From Azolla caroliniana (Eukaryota; Plantae; Polypodiophyta), in NCBI GenBank assembly GCA_043228905.1, contig JBHGNT010000014.1:19592001-19656000 (forward strand): DNA of 64,000 nt, given 5' to 3'. This document shows positions 10,125-23,473 of this stretch, one piece after another. The number at the start of each line of letters is the position of its first letter. Position 1 is the first letter of the stretch. The translations under genes and the position numbers were made by a program. The notes beneath the pieces were generated by a model. The model saw only the letters and a list, made by a program, of their open reading frames with translations. It was not told the DNA's origin and ran no database searches.

Positions 10125-13100
10125 TGTAAAGAATCATATATGATTCTTGTGAAGAAGAAGAGATGTGAGTTATGTGTGTGTATGAGAGAGAGAGAGAGAG
10201 TGAGAGAGACAAGGAATAATACACAGAGAATACGCAAGGTAGATTGTATTAACAAAGGAGAAAGACTCAACATTATACAAGGTGGGAGGAGGGTTCTTTA
10301 TGTAGTCACCCTCTCTCTTGATTAACTACAAGACTCATGGAGCATGGGGAATGTGAAAGCTCATAAGTTATGTGTCATAGAATATGATTCTATGACTCAT
10401 ACTTAATGCTAGAATACAAAGTGGTGACATAGTGGTGACTCTTGACCGTTGGAGTGTCTATTCACTCTCAAGGTGAGTTCACACACTAGACTAAGTTGAG
10501 CTTGATTCTCAACACGCCCCCTCAAGCTCAAGTCAGTTCAGTTTTAGACGGTATCCAAAATACGCTTCGACTCGCGTTCCGGAGTCTGCGTTGACTCGCG
10601 TCGATTCACATTTATGTGGAGTTGCAGAATCCGTGCTCCAGCTTGCGTTGTGTGTAGTTGCAAAGTCTGTGCTTCGGCTTGCGTCTTTCTTCGCAGCTTT
10701 GCATGGTTGCGGAATCTACGCGTTATTGCGATTGTGTAGTGTCTTGCATACTCCCCCTCAAGCTTGGCAGGTAAGGAATCATCAATCCGAGATCGGTCAT
10801 GAATTGCCATAGCTTGTCGGCTCCTAAAGCTTTAGTGAAGATGTCGGCTGTTTGAAGATTGGTGCTATTGTGTTGTAGGTCGACATCGCCAGCTAGAACG
10901 CGCTCTCGGATGAAGTGATAGTGCACTTCGATGTGCTTTGTCCGCGCGTGGAACACCGGATTCCGAGCCAAATAAATACTGCTCATGTTGTCGCAGTAAA
11001 GGGGAGTCGGATCCTTGATGGGAATGCCCAGATCCTTCAAAATCCTCTTGAGCCATATGTCTTGACATGCAGCTACGGTTGCACCCATGTATTCCGCCTC
11101 CGTACTTGAAAGAGCGACGGTAGGCTGCTTCTTGCTACTCCAGGATATTGCTCCGCTGCCGAGGGAGAAAACAAATCCGGATGTTGATCTTCTATCGGCT
11201 TTGTAGCCGGCCTAATCGGCGTGTGTGTACCCCTTGAGTCGTATTGGAATCACGGTCTTGTAGAGGATGCCGCAATCCATTGTGCCGCTCACGTATCGTA
11301 GAACTCACTTAGCGCAATCCAAGTGATTATCACGCGGTGTTTTCATGAATTGGCTAAGGAGACTGACCGGATAACTGAGATCGGGTTGAGTGATCGTGAG
11401 GTAGATGAGACTCCCGATGAGTTGCCGATACTGAGTCGGCTCACATGCTTTGGTGCCGAAGTTCGCATCTAGTTTGAGATTACGATCGAGCGGGGTTGTC
11501 ACGGATTTGCACTTAGCCATACCGGACTTGTATAACAAGTTGAGGATGTACTGCCGTTGAGAAATCATGATTCCGGCCAGAGTCTGAATTACCTCGATGT
11601 CGAGGAAGTAGTGGAGTTCCTTCATGTCCGTCATCTCGAACTTGTCGGAAAGGAGGGATGACTAGGTCATCTCGAACCTCCAATGACTAGGTCATCCACA
11701 TATAAGATGATGACGATTGGACTTGCGGAATCGCTTCGTATGTAGAGGGAGTTGTCCGATTTTCACATACAGAAGCCGATTTGATGAAGATATTGCATTA
11801 TCTTCGAATGCCAAGCACGCGGTGCTTGCTTGAGGCCATAGAGTGGCTTCTTGATTCGGCATACAACTTTCGGATGGGTGCTCGAGTTGAAGCCGGGTGG
11901 TTGTATCATGTACACCTCTTCTAATTCGCCCTGTAGAAAGGCGTTCTTGACGTCCATTTGATGGAGGTGCCACCCTTTTGTCGTGGCAAACGCAATTACG
12001 ATCCGCACCGTAGTCATCTTTGCCACCGGGGCAAAGGTCTCTTCATAGTCAACTCCATGAGTTTGTGCGTAGCCTTTCGCTACGAGTCGCGCTTTGTAGC
12101 GGTTGACGAAACCGTCAGCGTTGTACTTCACTTTGTAAATCCATCTGCATCTGATCGCCTTTTTGTGCGGTGAGGTGGGAACGAGATCCCACGCCTCGTT
12201 CTTCCGTAGTGCCTGCATCTCCTCGTTCATTGCTTCGATCCATCGCAGGTCCTTCGCGGCTTCGGGAAAGGTTTCCGGCTCCCGTACTGTCGCTACCTTC
12301 ATCATAAAGGCGTAATGGTACGCCATATAATCGTTGTAGCCGAATCGGCTTACGGGGTTCTTTTCACGGGTGGATCGGCGGAGCTTTTCATTTGCAGAGA
12401 TGAGGGCTTTCTTAGCTCCGATTGGTACATTGAAGCCACCGAACTCACCGTCGAGTGAGTGAGTCGACTCATCATCGTCGAAGCGATTGTCTGCGTATTC
12501 CGCCATTTTTGCCTTGCCTTTGTCCATCTTCGGGCTAGGCTGTGATGTGCTTTGATCACTCAAGGGCTCTTGTGGTCCGCTCAGTCGGGTCGTGATCGGA
12601 CTTTCTTCGGACATGCGCGTAAGGCGATCTTCATCCACTATCTCTTGTTCGGCAGATTTTGGGTCGAGCAGAGTCGGAGTCGGAGTTATCTCTGGTGCGT
12701 ACTAGGATGTGGACTCGTAAAAAATGACGTCTCGACTTACTCGAGATTTTCGAGTTGAGGGGTTGTAGCACTTGTACCCCTTTTGCTCCAGCGAGTATCC
12801 TACGAGGATACATTTCTCCGACTTCGGGTCGAGCTTTTGACGCTTCTCGTCGGGGATGTGCACGTACGCTATCACGCCGAATATCCGAGTGTGCGATAAG
12901 TCTGGCTTCTTTCCGAAGTATTTTTCGTGCGGAGTGACCTCGTGCACACCGGATGTTGTGCAACGGTTCATCATGGCCCGCGCTACTTTGAGAATGTGCC
13001 GATTTTTGCGCTCGGCTACTCCGTTTTGTTGCGGAGTGTGTCGGCAAGTGAATTCTCGCCGAATTCCTTCCTTTTAGAGATACACCGTGAAATCATCCGA

Positions 13101-15427
13101 GAAGTACTCCTTGCCGCCATCCGATTGAAGACATTGTACATGTCGGCCCATGGCTTTCTCGACTTTATTCTTGAAGTTTTGGAAGTGTTCAAACACTTCG
13201 CTCTTTTGCCGCATCGAGTAGATCCAAGTATGCTTGGAGAAGTCGTCAATGAAGAGCACGTAATATCGGCATCCGCCGAATGTAGCTGTTTGCGCCGGTC
13301 CCCATATGTCGGAATGGAAGTCTACGTCGAGTAGACCTTTGCTCACGTTCCGCTCTTTCGGGAATGGGTGTTGGTGTTGCTTGCCGAATTGGCATGCTTC
13401 GCATACACCTCCAATCTCCTTCTCTTTGAATGTCGAGAGTTCGATGACGACTCCTTTCGATTTCATTGCTTTGAGTTTTTGGTGATTTATATGGCCAATC
13501 TGCATGTGCCATAACTCTATGTCGGAGTTGGCTTTCATGCCCTCTCTTCGTCCGCGTGTGATGAACCAACCGCCTGGATTAAATCAAACTTGCATCCCTT
13601 GCTCTACAATTTGGCCGACGGAGACCAAATTCTTCGTAAGACATTTTTAATGTAATTTGGTTGGTACATGCAAGACATTTTTAATGTAATTTTTCTTACC
13701 TTCTTTTCCGAACGGAACATTGCCGATGTGCCGAATCGGGTGCGTAGTGTCATCTTCGGTTTCGACATAGACGGGTTGGTTTAGCTCTCAAAGTTCATGG
13801 AACCATTCTTGATGCGATGTCATATGGTTCGAGGCACCAAAATCGATGAACCATACATCTTCCGGACTGGAGGCACTAGTTGAGGTAGAGGCCGACATAG
13901 ACTTTGCTCTATGTTTTATCATGAACATTCCGCCACGGTCGGAGTTGTGTGCATACATTCCGCCACAATCTTCATAGTCGGAGTTGTGCGGGTAATTCGT
14001 GAGTTGTCGGCTTGTGGAAGCCGATTCACGCATCTTCTTTCGGCACTCTTCTTCGTGGTGGCCGAGCTTTCCGCAATATCCGCATCTAGTTGCGTTTTGA
14101 CGGTTTGGGCCGGAGTGGAAGCTCCCCCTTCTTGCAAAGGTTCCTCGTTGGCTTCCGTTTTGCGACCGAAATTCAGAGTTGTTATTGTAGGTCAGACCTC
14201 GTCCACCTTGTCCTTGGCCGAATCGGCCTCTCGACCATTCGCGTCCTCTTCCTCCGTTCGAGTATGTGTAGAGCATGTGGCCTTCCGACTCATTGCTCCT
14301 TGTACGCACATGGTTTTCTTTGAACAATAGCATTGATTGGAGCTCAAAGAAGGAGGGAGATTTTTCCCGTGCTAAAACGACGGTTCACATCGCGCCGAAC
14401 TGTTGTGCGAGGCCGCCGAGACATATTTGAACCATCTCATCATCATCGATATTTACACTTATTAAGCCGAGCGAATCGCAAAGCTCCTTGACCTTCGAGG
14501 TGTATGTCGTAATGGACATGTCCCTTTGTTGAATGTTGTTCAACTCTTGGCGGAGGTGAAGCCGTATTGCGGTTGTGTTCGCCGCGAAAATCTTTCGTAG
14601 ATTTTCCCATGCCTCCTTCGGTGCCTTGGCTTCGCGAATTTAGCCGAGCATGTGACCGTGAACACATGTCGCCAAGCAATACATCACGCAGCTTGCGGCT
14701 TGCTCCCATGTCACGTATCTGAGAGCCGCTTCGGCGGGCCAGTCTTCATGCGATCCTTTGATGTAGCTCCAATAGCCTTGTTCGACAAGGTATTAGTGCA
14801 TCTTGTACTCCCAAGATGCGAAGTTGTTTCGATCCAACTTCTCGGTAGGGAGAGCGCTCCCCATTTGAGTATTCATTATGTCGATTCTTCTTCTTCTTCT
14901 TCTCTCTTCGAATGCGAGCTATGTAGCGAAGCTATGATATCGATGAGCCGGTTCTTGGTCGTCGGCGTAGAGCACAACACACGATCACGATGAGGCGAAT
15001 GGGCTAGATCGAGCTACCAAATCGCTCTGATACCATGTAAAGAATCGGATATGATTCTTGTGAAGCGGAAGAGATGTGAGTTATGTGTGTGTATGAGAGA
15101 GAGAGAGTGAGAGTGAGAGAGACAAGGAATAATACACAGAGAATACACAAGGTAGATTGTATTAACAAAGGAGAAAGACTCAACATTATACAAGGTGGGA
15201 GGAGGGTTCTTTATGTAGTCACCCTCTCTCTTGATTAACTACAAGACTCATGGAGCATGGGGAATGTGAAAGCTCATAAGTTATGTGTCATAGAATATGA
15301 TTCTATGACTCATACTTAATGCTAGAATACAAAGTGGTGACATAGTGGTGACTCTTGACCGTTGGAGTGTCTATTCACTCTCAAGGTGAGTTCACACACT
15401 AGACCAAGTTGAGCTTGATTCTCAACA
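10125..15427 (-). mobile_element. Full-length decayed Ty1/Copia LTR retrotransposon
   Basis: LTRs 10125-10514 and 15036-15427 (TG...CA, few differences), TSD CTAAG, iMet PBS TGGTATCAGAGC at 15035-15024, PPT 10515-10528. Confidence 0.96.
10723..14876 (-). pseudogene. Copia gag-pol, disrupted
   Basis: CGYCGKLGHHEEEC knuckle, WFIDFGAS protease, integrase IDDFSK/SDGGKEY, RT YKARLVAKGY, RNase [12 protein letters not shown]. Several stops and frameshifts. Confidence 0.93.
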
Positions 15428-15605
15428 CTAAGTTACAATCCGTTGGTTTATATACCAACTATGCTAGGGCAAGTGCCCTTTCTACTATTTACAAAACTAG
15501 CCTAATGCGGAGTTTTAACGGAATTGCACCCAATGGAGATGTAACAGAATGGGAGGCAAGAGTGATTGAATTGCAACGGAAGAAGATTGAGCGTGTGTGT
15601 GTGTG

Positions 15606-15653
<48 letters not shown>

Positions 15654-15916
15654 CTTAAGACAGAGATAGAGAAATTGTATACTAACCAAAAAAATACATC
15701 AAACATATTTGATCCGACAATAACTAAGTTACAATGCGTTGGTTTATATATCAAGTGCCCTTTCTACTATTTACAAAACTAGCCCAACATGTCCATGAGA
15801 TATTGTGAAACCTATCTATGGGAAGTTGAGTTCGACTCTCAACACGCCCCTTCGAACACAACTTCTATCTGTCGAGAAGGTTGTTCGGTTCGTACTTCGA
15901 CTTGTCTAGTCGGCTA

Positions 15917-18900
15917 TGTTGCGTACTTGATCAATTGCGTATCTGTTGTGTATCATTGCGTATTGCTTCATGTCACCAGTACCTGATCAATTGCGTATGT
16001 GTTGCGTATTGTTTGTTGGGTATGTGAGGAAGAGTGAGAAACACACAAGAGGCACACACAAGAAGCTCAAACAAAGAAGCACTCACACAAGGAAGACAAT
16101 GATTGGAATAGCTCTCTCTATTGATGAATGATACAAAAATTAATAGGAGCTGAAAATATATCCCTAAGTACTAAGTACCACCACATATGAGTGACTGATG
16201 TATGTGGTAACATGGGGAAAAAACTTCTAGCTAGCACTAGAGTAAAAAGTGCCCATGTATAGGAAAAAATGGTTCACATCAAAGCTACTCGAGGAACATG
16301 TAAGTGTAACAAACCCCCTTGGAGCGAATGATGTGAACATGTACAAGGAGTGACAGATCAACCCCCACAAGGCAATAAGCTTAAAGCTTTGTGAAAAGCT
16401 TCAAACTTTTCTCGTGGAAGAGCTTTGGTGAATATGTCTGCCACATTATCTTGTGTAGACACATATACCAAATCAATATCTCCTGCATGAAGGCGCTCTC
16501 TCACATAGTGATAATGCACGTCAATATGTTTGGTCCGTGCATGAAATACGGGATTCCGTGCAATAGCCAATGCACTCTGACTATCTATGAGAATATGTGT
16601 AGCAACATCAATCTTCATGCAAAGATCGATCAAAAGGCGTCTTAGCCATATACACTTCATTGTAGCTGTGAAAACTACCCTGCACTCATCTTCATAACTT
16701 GATGTCTACACCTCAATATGTTTGGTCCGTGCATGAAATACGGGATTCCGTGCAACAACCAATGCACTCTGACTATCTGTGAGAATATGTGTAGCAACAT
16801 CAATCTCCATGCAAATATTGATAAAAAGGAGTCTTAGCCATATACACTCCACTGTAGCTGTGAAAACTGCCCTGTACTCAGCTTCACAACTTGATGTCGC
16901 CATTGTAGGTTGCTTTTTACTCAACCAAGATATACATGAGTTTCCAAGGAAAAAGCAATTACCACTAGTGGACACGCGAGTATCGTAACAACCAGCCCAA
17001 TCACTATCTGTAAAAGCATGCAAGCATGGCTGAGTATCTCTACTATAAAAGAGAGCCAAGCTCAAAGTGCCTCTAAGATATCTAAGCACACGTTTCACTG
17101 CTTGCCAATGCTTAGTGCAAGGGCTATGCATGAATCGACTCAACTGGGAGACTGCATACTGTATATCCGGCCTTGTATTGCATGCATATATAAGACATCC
17201 CACAACTTGTTGATAAAGAGAAGTATCAAATGCATCACTAGAATCCTCAACAGAGAACCTAAATCCTATCTCCACAGGTGTCGAAACTGGCTTGCAATCC
17301 TCAAAGTCAAAACGCTGAAGTAGTTTTTCAACATACTTTCCTTGATGTATAACCATTCCCCCCTCAATGGATACAAACTGGATGCCAAGATAGTAGCTCA
17401 AAAGACCAAGATAAGTGACTTCAAAAGTATGCTGCAAATCAACCATAAGAAAATCAAGATTTGCTTCACATGACCCAGTCAAGAGTATGTCATCAACATA
17501 AAGAACGAGCACTAGAAGATCAGCCCCATCTTTGCGTACATAAAATGTGCTTTCAATCAGACTACATGTGAAGCCAAGAGCAATCAAGTGCTTATGGATT
17601 TTTTCATACCATGCATGTGGAGCTTGCTTGAGACCATACAAGGCCTTATGCAAGTGACAAACCATATGCTCTTTCTCTTTCGTAGCAAATCCAGGAGGTT
17701 GCTTCACATAAACCTCTTCTTGCAAATCACCATTTAAGAAAGCTGTTTTTATGTCCAATTGATGCATTTTCCAACCTCTTTGGGCAGCCAATGCGACCAC
17801 GGTACGAATGGTAGTCGTGTGTGAAGTAGGTGCAAAAGTTTCCTCATAATCAATGCCATATTGTTGCCAATCTAGCTGTGTAGCGATCAATACTACCATT
17901 GGACTTTCGTTTAATCTTGTAAACCCACTTAGTACCAATCACATTCTTTCCTTTTGGCAATTCACGTAACTCCCAAGTACCATTCTTATGAATGGAATCC
18001 ATTTCTGATTGCATAGCACTCATCCAATGAGGATCATCACATGCATCTTCAAAAGTAAGTGGCTCCTCATTACATGCTATTGCAACAATAGAATAATCCA
18101 CAAAATTACTTGATGCATGGCGAGAGCTTGATCTTGTTTTACCAAGTAAAGGTGCACTCAATTTGCTATCTCGCAAAGTTTGTTTCAGCCACCTCGGTAT
18201 AGTTTGTGACCTCTCAATAGCCATACGTTTATTATGTAATACATCTCCAATATGTACATCATGCGTGGGCTGAATTTCATGCTCATTTTCAGCCACATTT
18301 TGTTGCAAATGTTCAGCCATATTTGGTTGGACATTTCGTGCATTTTCAACACTTATTTGCTATAAATTTTCATCCCTTTGAAACTCACTTGGCTGGTCTA
18401 CATGTCCATGGTCAAGCGCACCACTTTGGAACAAAGGCATGAGTGTATCAAACACATCTTGTGAGTTAACTGTTGGGTGTTTTTTGCATTCAAGAAAAGG
18501 GAAAGCTGAATTTTTAGCAAATACCACATCTCGACTCACAATAATTGTGTTCGTCAATGGATGATACAAACGATATCCCTTACTTTCAGCACTATAACCA
18601 ACAAATATGCATTTCTTTGCCTTGTCATCAAGTTTGTGACATTGTTGTGATGGCACAAGAGCATATGCCAAACAACCAAACACACGCATATGACTAACCA
18701 TAGGTTTATGTCCATTCCAAGCCTCATATGGCGTAATGACTCTCAACGCTTTTGTAGGTCAACGATTCAACACATAATTTGCACACATAGCCGCTTCCAT
18801 CCAAAACTTGTTATCAAGATGCTTTCCTTTAACCATACATCGTGCCATATCTAAGAGTGTTCTATTTATGCGCTCTACAACACCATTTTGTTGAGGTGTA

Positions 18901-20304
18901 TATGGCACCGTACATTGATGTAAAATACCTCTTTCACAAAGAAAAGCATTAAACTCATGTGACATATATTCGCCACCACGATCCGTGCGTAGAGTCAAGA
19001 TCTTATTTGCGAAAAAAATTTCAGTCATAGCTAAAAATGATTTGAAGCAAGAAAAAACTTCATTCTTTGCTTTCATAGGATACACCCATGTATGACGAGT
19101 AGCGTCATCAATGAAGGTAACAAAATATACATGCTTTCCAAAATATGGAGTCTTTACAGGACCACACACATCACTATGAACAAGTTGTAATTTTCTTGTA
19201 GTGTGTGTATGACTATCTTTTGGAAAAGAAGCACGATGCATTTTTCCAAGAATGCAACCTTCACATGCATGTTTTTCAATGGACTCAAGTGTAGGCAACC
19301 CAATAACCATATCCTTCTTTTGCAAGTGAAGCAAACTATTGAAGTTCAAGTGACCAAACCGAGCATGCCAAAGCTCCATTTTAGCCATGGAAGAAGTATG
19401 GACAACCAAGGCATTAGGGAGTCCCTCTTGTATGTATCCAAACGGTACAAGCCATTGCATAATGTACCGGACATCACGATAACATGGCCATTGCTATAAT
19501 CGTGAACCATGCACTTATCATCAACAAAATGTACATGATGTCCGGATTTGGCAATCAAAGGAACCGGAATTAAGTTCTTCTTGATACCGGGCACATACAA
19601 TACATTCTTTAAGATGACAACACCTCCATTTGCAGCCGAAAGCTCAATTTCTCCTACTCCAATGATAGGATAAGAGGCATTGTTTGCACACACCACATGT
19701 CCACCTTAGGGTGCATCTTTCAAGGATGCAAATAAACTTTTGCATGAAGTAATGTGCTTTGAAGCACCACTATCAAAGAACCAATCCGAATCAATCTCAC
19801 TTACAACCATACATTTAGAGTGCAATGATGCATCATAATGATATGTAACAACACATGCCCAATAATCTTGGGCCATGTTGGCCTCATCACTCTTTTCACT
19901 TGAAACATTTTCAGAAATGGTCATGCCGGATTCCTTCTTCTTCTCATTGCACTTAACAAGCTTTCTATACTCTTCAATCGTATGGGCAACCTTTCGACAA
20001 TATTTGCATCTCTTCTTCTTTTGCAAATGACCATCATTAGAGGAATAAGTGAAAGAGGGAGGTTGAGGCTTTGGTTTTGAAGAACCAAAAGTTGAACCAT
20101 GCTTGCTTTTTCCTTTTTGTGAGATAGCAAGTGCTTGTGTTCCCTCTATCAAACCACTTCTATTCACTCTAGATTGTTCTTCTTGCAAAAGAAGAGACAC
20201 AACCTCATCAAATGCGTACATATCGGTATTCCCTTTTGCAACCAAACGAATAGTAGTAGCAAAGCTTTGAAAAGATTCGGGTAATCCTTTCAATAACGTA
20301 GAGA
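15917..20304 (-). mobile_element. 5'-truncated Copia element with 3' LTR
   Basis: LTR 15917-16311 followed by PPT complement AACCCCCTT. Gag, protease (WFFDSGAS), integrase, RT (LYVDD) and RNase H fragments at 16358-20293. Confidence 0.9.
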
Positions 20305-21708
20305 CTAGAGGGATCCTCTCATCAAGTCATCGTATTCAGTGACCACAAGAACCTTGCCTACTTTCAAGACGCTTGTGTGTTAAATCGACGTCAAGCTTAG
20401 TGGACCCAATTCCTCACGTGATTCAACTTCAAAATTACATATCGTCTGGGGAAGCACCAAGGGAAGGCAAATGCGTTATCACGGCGTTCGTATCTAGCAC
20501 CGTGTCCCGACGAGCCAGCTTTTGATAACCAAAAACAAATAATCTTGGAACCGGCACGACTGCAAGCAACACAGGTTTTTGGCATGCCCGTGGATTCTCA
20601 CGTTATCGATACCATACGTGAGGACTTGAAGACAGATGCTTTCGCCCAAGCCATTCTAGCACAAATTGATCCCTCTCGAGCATCTTGTTCACAGTCACAA
20701 CAACCAAGTACGGACTATCGACAATCCAAATACCATGATAGATTACTATTCTTTAAAAAACTCTTGTATGTTCCTAATGGTTCTTGCCGCCTTCGAGTAG
20801 TCCAAAATTGTCATGACACATATATAGCAGGGCATTTTGGTAGTACTAAGACATTAGACTTAGTACAACGATCATTCTGGTGGGCCCGTATGCGGCAATT
20901 TGTCGAAGATTTTGTTCGGATTTGTGATACATGTTGCAGAGCGAAAATGCCAAGGCATCATACATATGGTTTATTAGAACCATTACCAATTCGAAGCAAG
21001 CCGTGGCAATCCATTGCTCTAGATTTCATCACATATCTTCCAGTCTCGAAGGGATTTAATGCGATTCTAACAGTAGTAGATCGATATACGAAGATGGCTC
21101 ATTTCTTGCCATGTACTAAGATAATCTCCAGTCAAGAAACCGCTGAAATTGTCATGCATGAAGTATGTCGGCAACATGGCCTTCCCGATAGTATCATCAA
21201 CGACCGTGGACCCCAGTTTGTCTCGAAATTCTGGAAGCACCTTTTTAAAATGCTCAAGGTCACTTGTAACCTCTCCTCCGGCTACCACCCATAAACAGAC
21301 GGCCAAGCAGTATCTTCGGTGTTTTCTAAGCTATCATCAGGATGACTGGGCGGATATTCTCCAATTCGCTGAATTTGCCTATAATAACTGTGTCCATGCA
21401 TTGACTAAAGTCACACCATTTTCTGCTTATACGGGTTGTCACCCCCGGTGGTGTGTATTTGAAACACCAGAGTTACCTACAAATCCTTGTGTAGAGGATT
21501 GTTTGGAGTGGTTACGCAAGATACAAGCGGATTTATCTACTCATCTACAACAAGCTCAAGAAACACACAAGGTTTACGCGGATCATCATCGTCTTCCATC
21601 CAGTTTTAACTTGGGAGATCGAGTATGGCTACTATGACGACACATGAAGACTACTCGCCCATGTGAGAAGTTAGATTATCGGCGATTAGGTCCTTTCCGT
21701 ATTATCGG
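20305..21708 (+). pseudogene. Ty3/Gypsy (chromovirus/Tcn1-like) RNase H-integrase remnant
   Basis: SDHKNL, HD..AGHFG..C..C, WQSIALDFI, VVDRYTKMAHF, LGPFRII. Resumes at 32998 (KINDV) before the PPT and LTR. Confidence 0.88.
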
Positions 21709-21744
21709 TGTCGTGAAGATTTTCGTCCATAGGGGGAAACCGGG

Positions 21745-23473
21745 ACGAGAAGCATTTCCGGTCCGGGGTAAGGTGGAACGACGCTCCGAAGTCGACCACC
21801 TAGGTCATCTCGTCGCCGGCAAGGTTTATCTCACTCTCCTCGGTGATGAGCATCAACTCTTCTTCACTTGCCGCGATTGCCGTCGTCCCCTTCCGGTCCG
21901 TCCCCCTCCGGTCTTTACCGTTCCGGTCCGGTATTCGCTTCAAATCGGTACCGTCGGTTTCCTTGTCCTTTCGGAAATGCGGACAGTTCTTCTGGAAGTG
22001 TCCCGGCTTGCCGCAATAGAAGCAAGTAGGTCTCGCCCTTGACTTTGACCGTGTCCCCGACTTTTCCCGGTTCTGGGGACTATGGTTTCTTTGACTTCCG
22101 CATTCCGATTCGGTAAGGAGTGCTTTGGAGTCGGAGCTCGTATCTTTATCTTTTCAACGCGCCTCCTCATCTAGCAAGCTCGACTTTACTCTTGCTAGGG
22201 ATAACCGTTTCCCTTCCGGCCCGGCGTTGCCCAAGGTGACAACCAACGTCTCCCAGTTATCTGGGAGGGAACCGAGCAGGAGTAGTGCTAGTACCTCATC
22301 GGCGAGAGGTACCTCCAATGATGTTGCCTAGTGGATCAGCCCCTGGAAGGCATTCATGTGCTCCACCATGTTGTAGCCATCTTGGTACCGGAGTCTTACT
22401 AGCTTCTGGAATACCGAAACCTGATTAACAACATTTTTGTTTTGAAACATAATGCTGATCTTCTCCCAGAGCTCATGAGCCTTGCTCTCTTCATTGAAGT
22501 TGTTGTACGGGCTCATGTCGATGAAGCACCGTATGTACACCGTTGTCTTCATGTGCATCACCTCCCATATTGCGGCGTCGATTTTGTCCGGTCTCTTGTC
22601 CCCGAACTGAACCGGCAGCCAGAGGTCTTTAACCACGAGCATGTCCCTCATCTTCGACTTCCACACCGAATAGTTGGAGCCGGTGAGCTTGAACATGCCT
22701 CCTAACGAATCGTCCATTTTCTATGTCGTTTCGCTCTGATACCACTTGACGAGAACTACAAGCTCCCTATACGCAACGGTCGGCCACAACCGAGCTTAGA
22801 ATCATACACAGAAAAACGGTGAAAGAATGCACGACACGAAGAAGAGAAGAGTACACAGGATGTTTACGTGGAAAACCCAAACTAAGGGAAAAACCACGGC
22901 AGCCCACAGGCTGCAAGCTATCACTATGTTAGAATGTACAACAGTGAGTTCACGGAGGCAACAACCTCGTGCTCACGATCTTTGCCACAGGCGGCGGTTA
23001 CAACTGAGGCAACGACCTCTTCCTCTCTCTCACTCTCTCTATACACAGTTACACGCTCTGATCTCGCATAGACAAGAATAACAACCACCTCAAAAGTTTG
23101 CCCTAAGTCATATTTATACTAATATGACTTTTCAGCTATTTACAAATATAGCCACGATGGACTCTCAGAAACATATTTACGAATATGTCTCTTCATCCCT
23201 AGAGCGCTCGGCCTGCATCATCCGGATCTTGCCGGGCACTCGTCATTCGGTTCTCACCGGGTCTGCACCATCCAGCTCTCCGTAGCCGGGTACTCCTCAT
23301 CCGGTTCTCACCGGGTTTGCACCATCCAGCTCTCTGAAGCCGGGTACTTCTCATCCGGTTTCTACCGGGTACGCACCATCTGGCTCTCCGTAGCCGGGTA
23401 CTCCTCATCCGGTTTCGCTTTCCATCCGGACTGTTCTTCTCCCTTTCCATCCGGAGGGACCTGTCTCCCAACA
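21745..23473 (-). mobile_element. 3'-truncated Copia (Tnt1/Tork-like): LTR plus gag/protease fragments
   Basis: LTR 22747-23473 related to the 36316 LTR, iMet PBS at ~22733-22744, gag MFKLTGSNYSVWK (22328-22717). 54-bp tandem repeat at ~23231-23415. Confidence 0.88.

Larger units (their letters stand above)
4715..15500 (-). mobile_element. Duplicated partial 3' LTR of host Copia, split by a LINE and a Copia
   Basis: Segments 4715-4862, 9978-10124 and 15428-15500 join up into a copy of 15540-15783. Confidence 0.8.

Noticed and set aside
9810-10325. ORFs with SLSLSL/RERERE/CVCV runs (also 4503-4929 and 15409-15782)
   Set aside because: These are translations of microsatellites.
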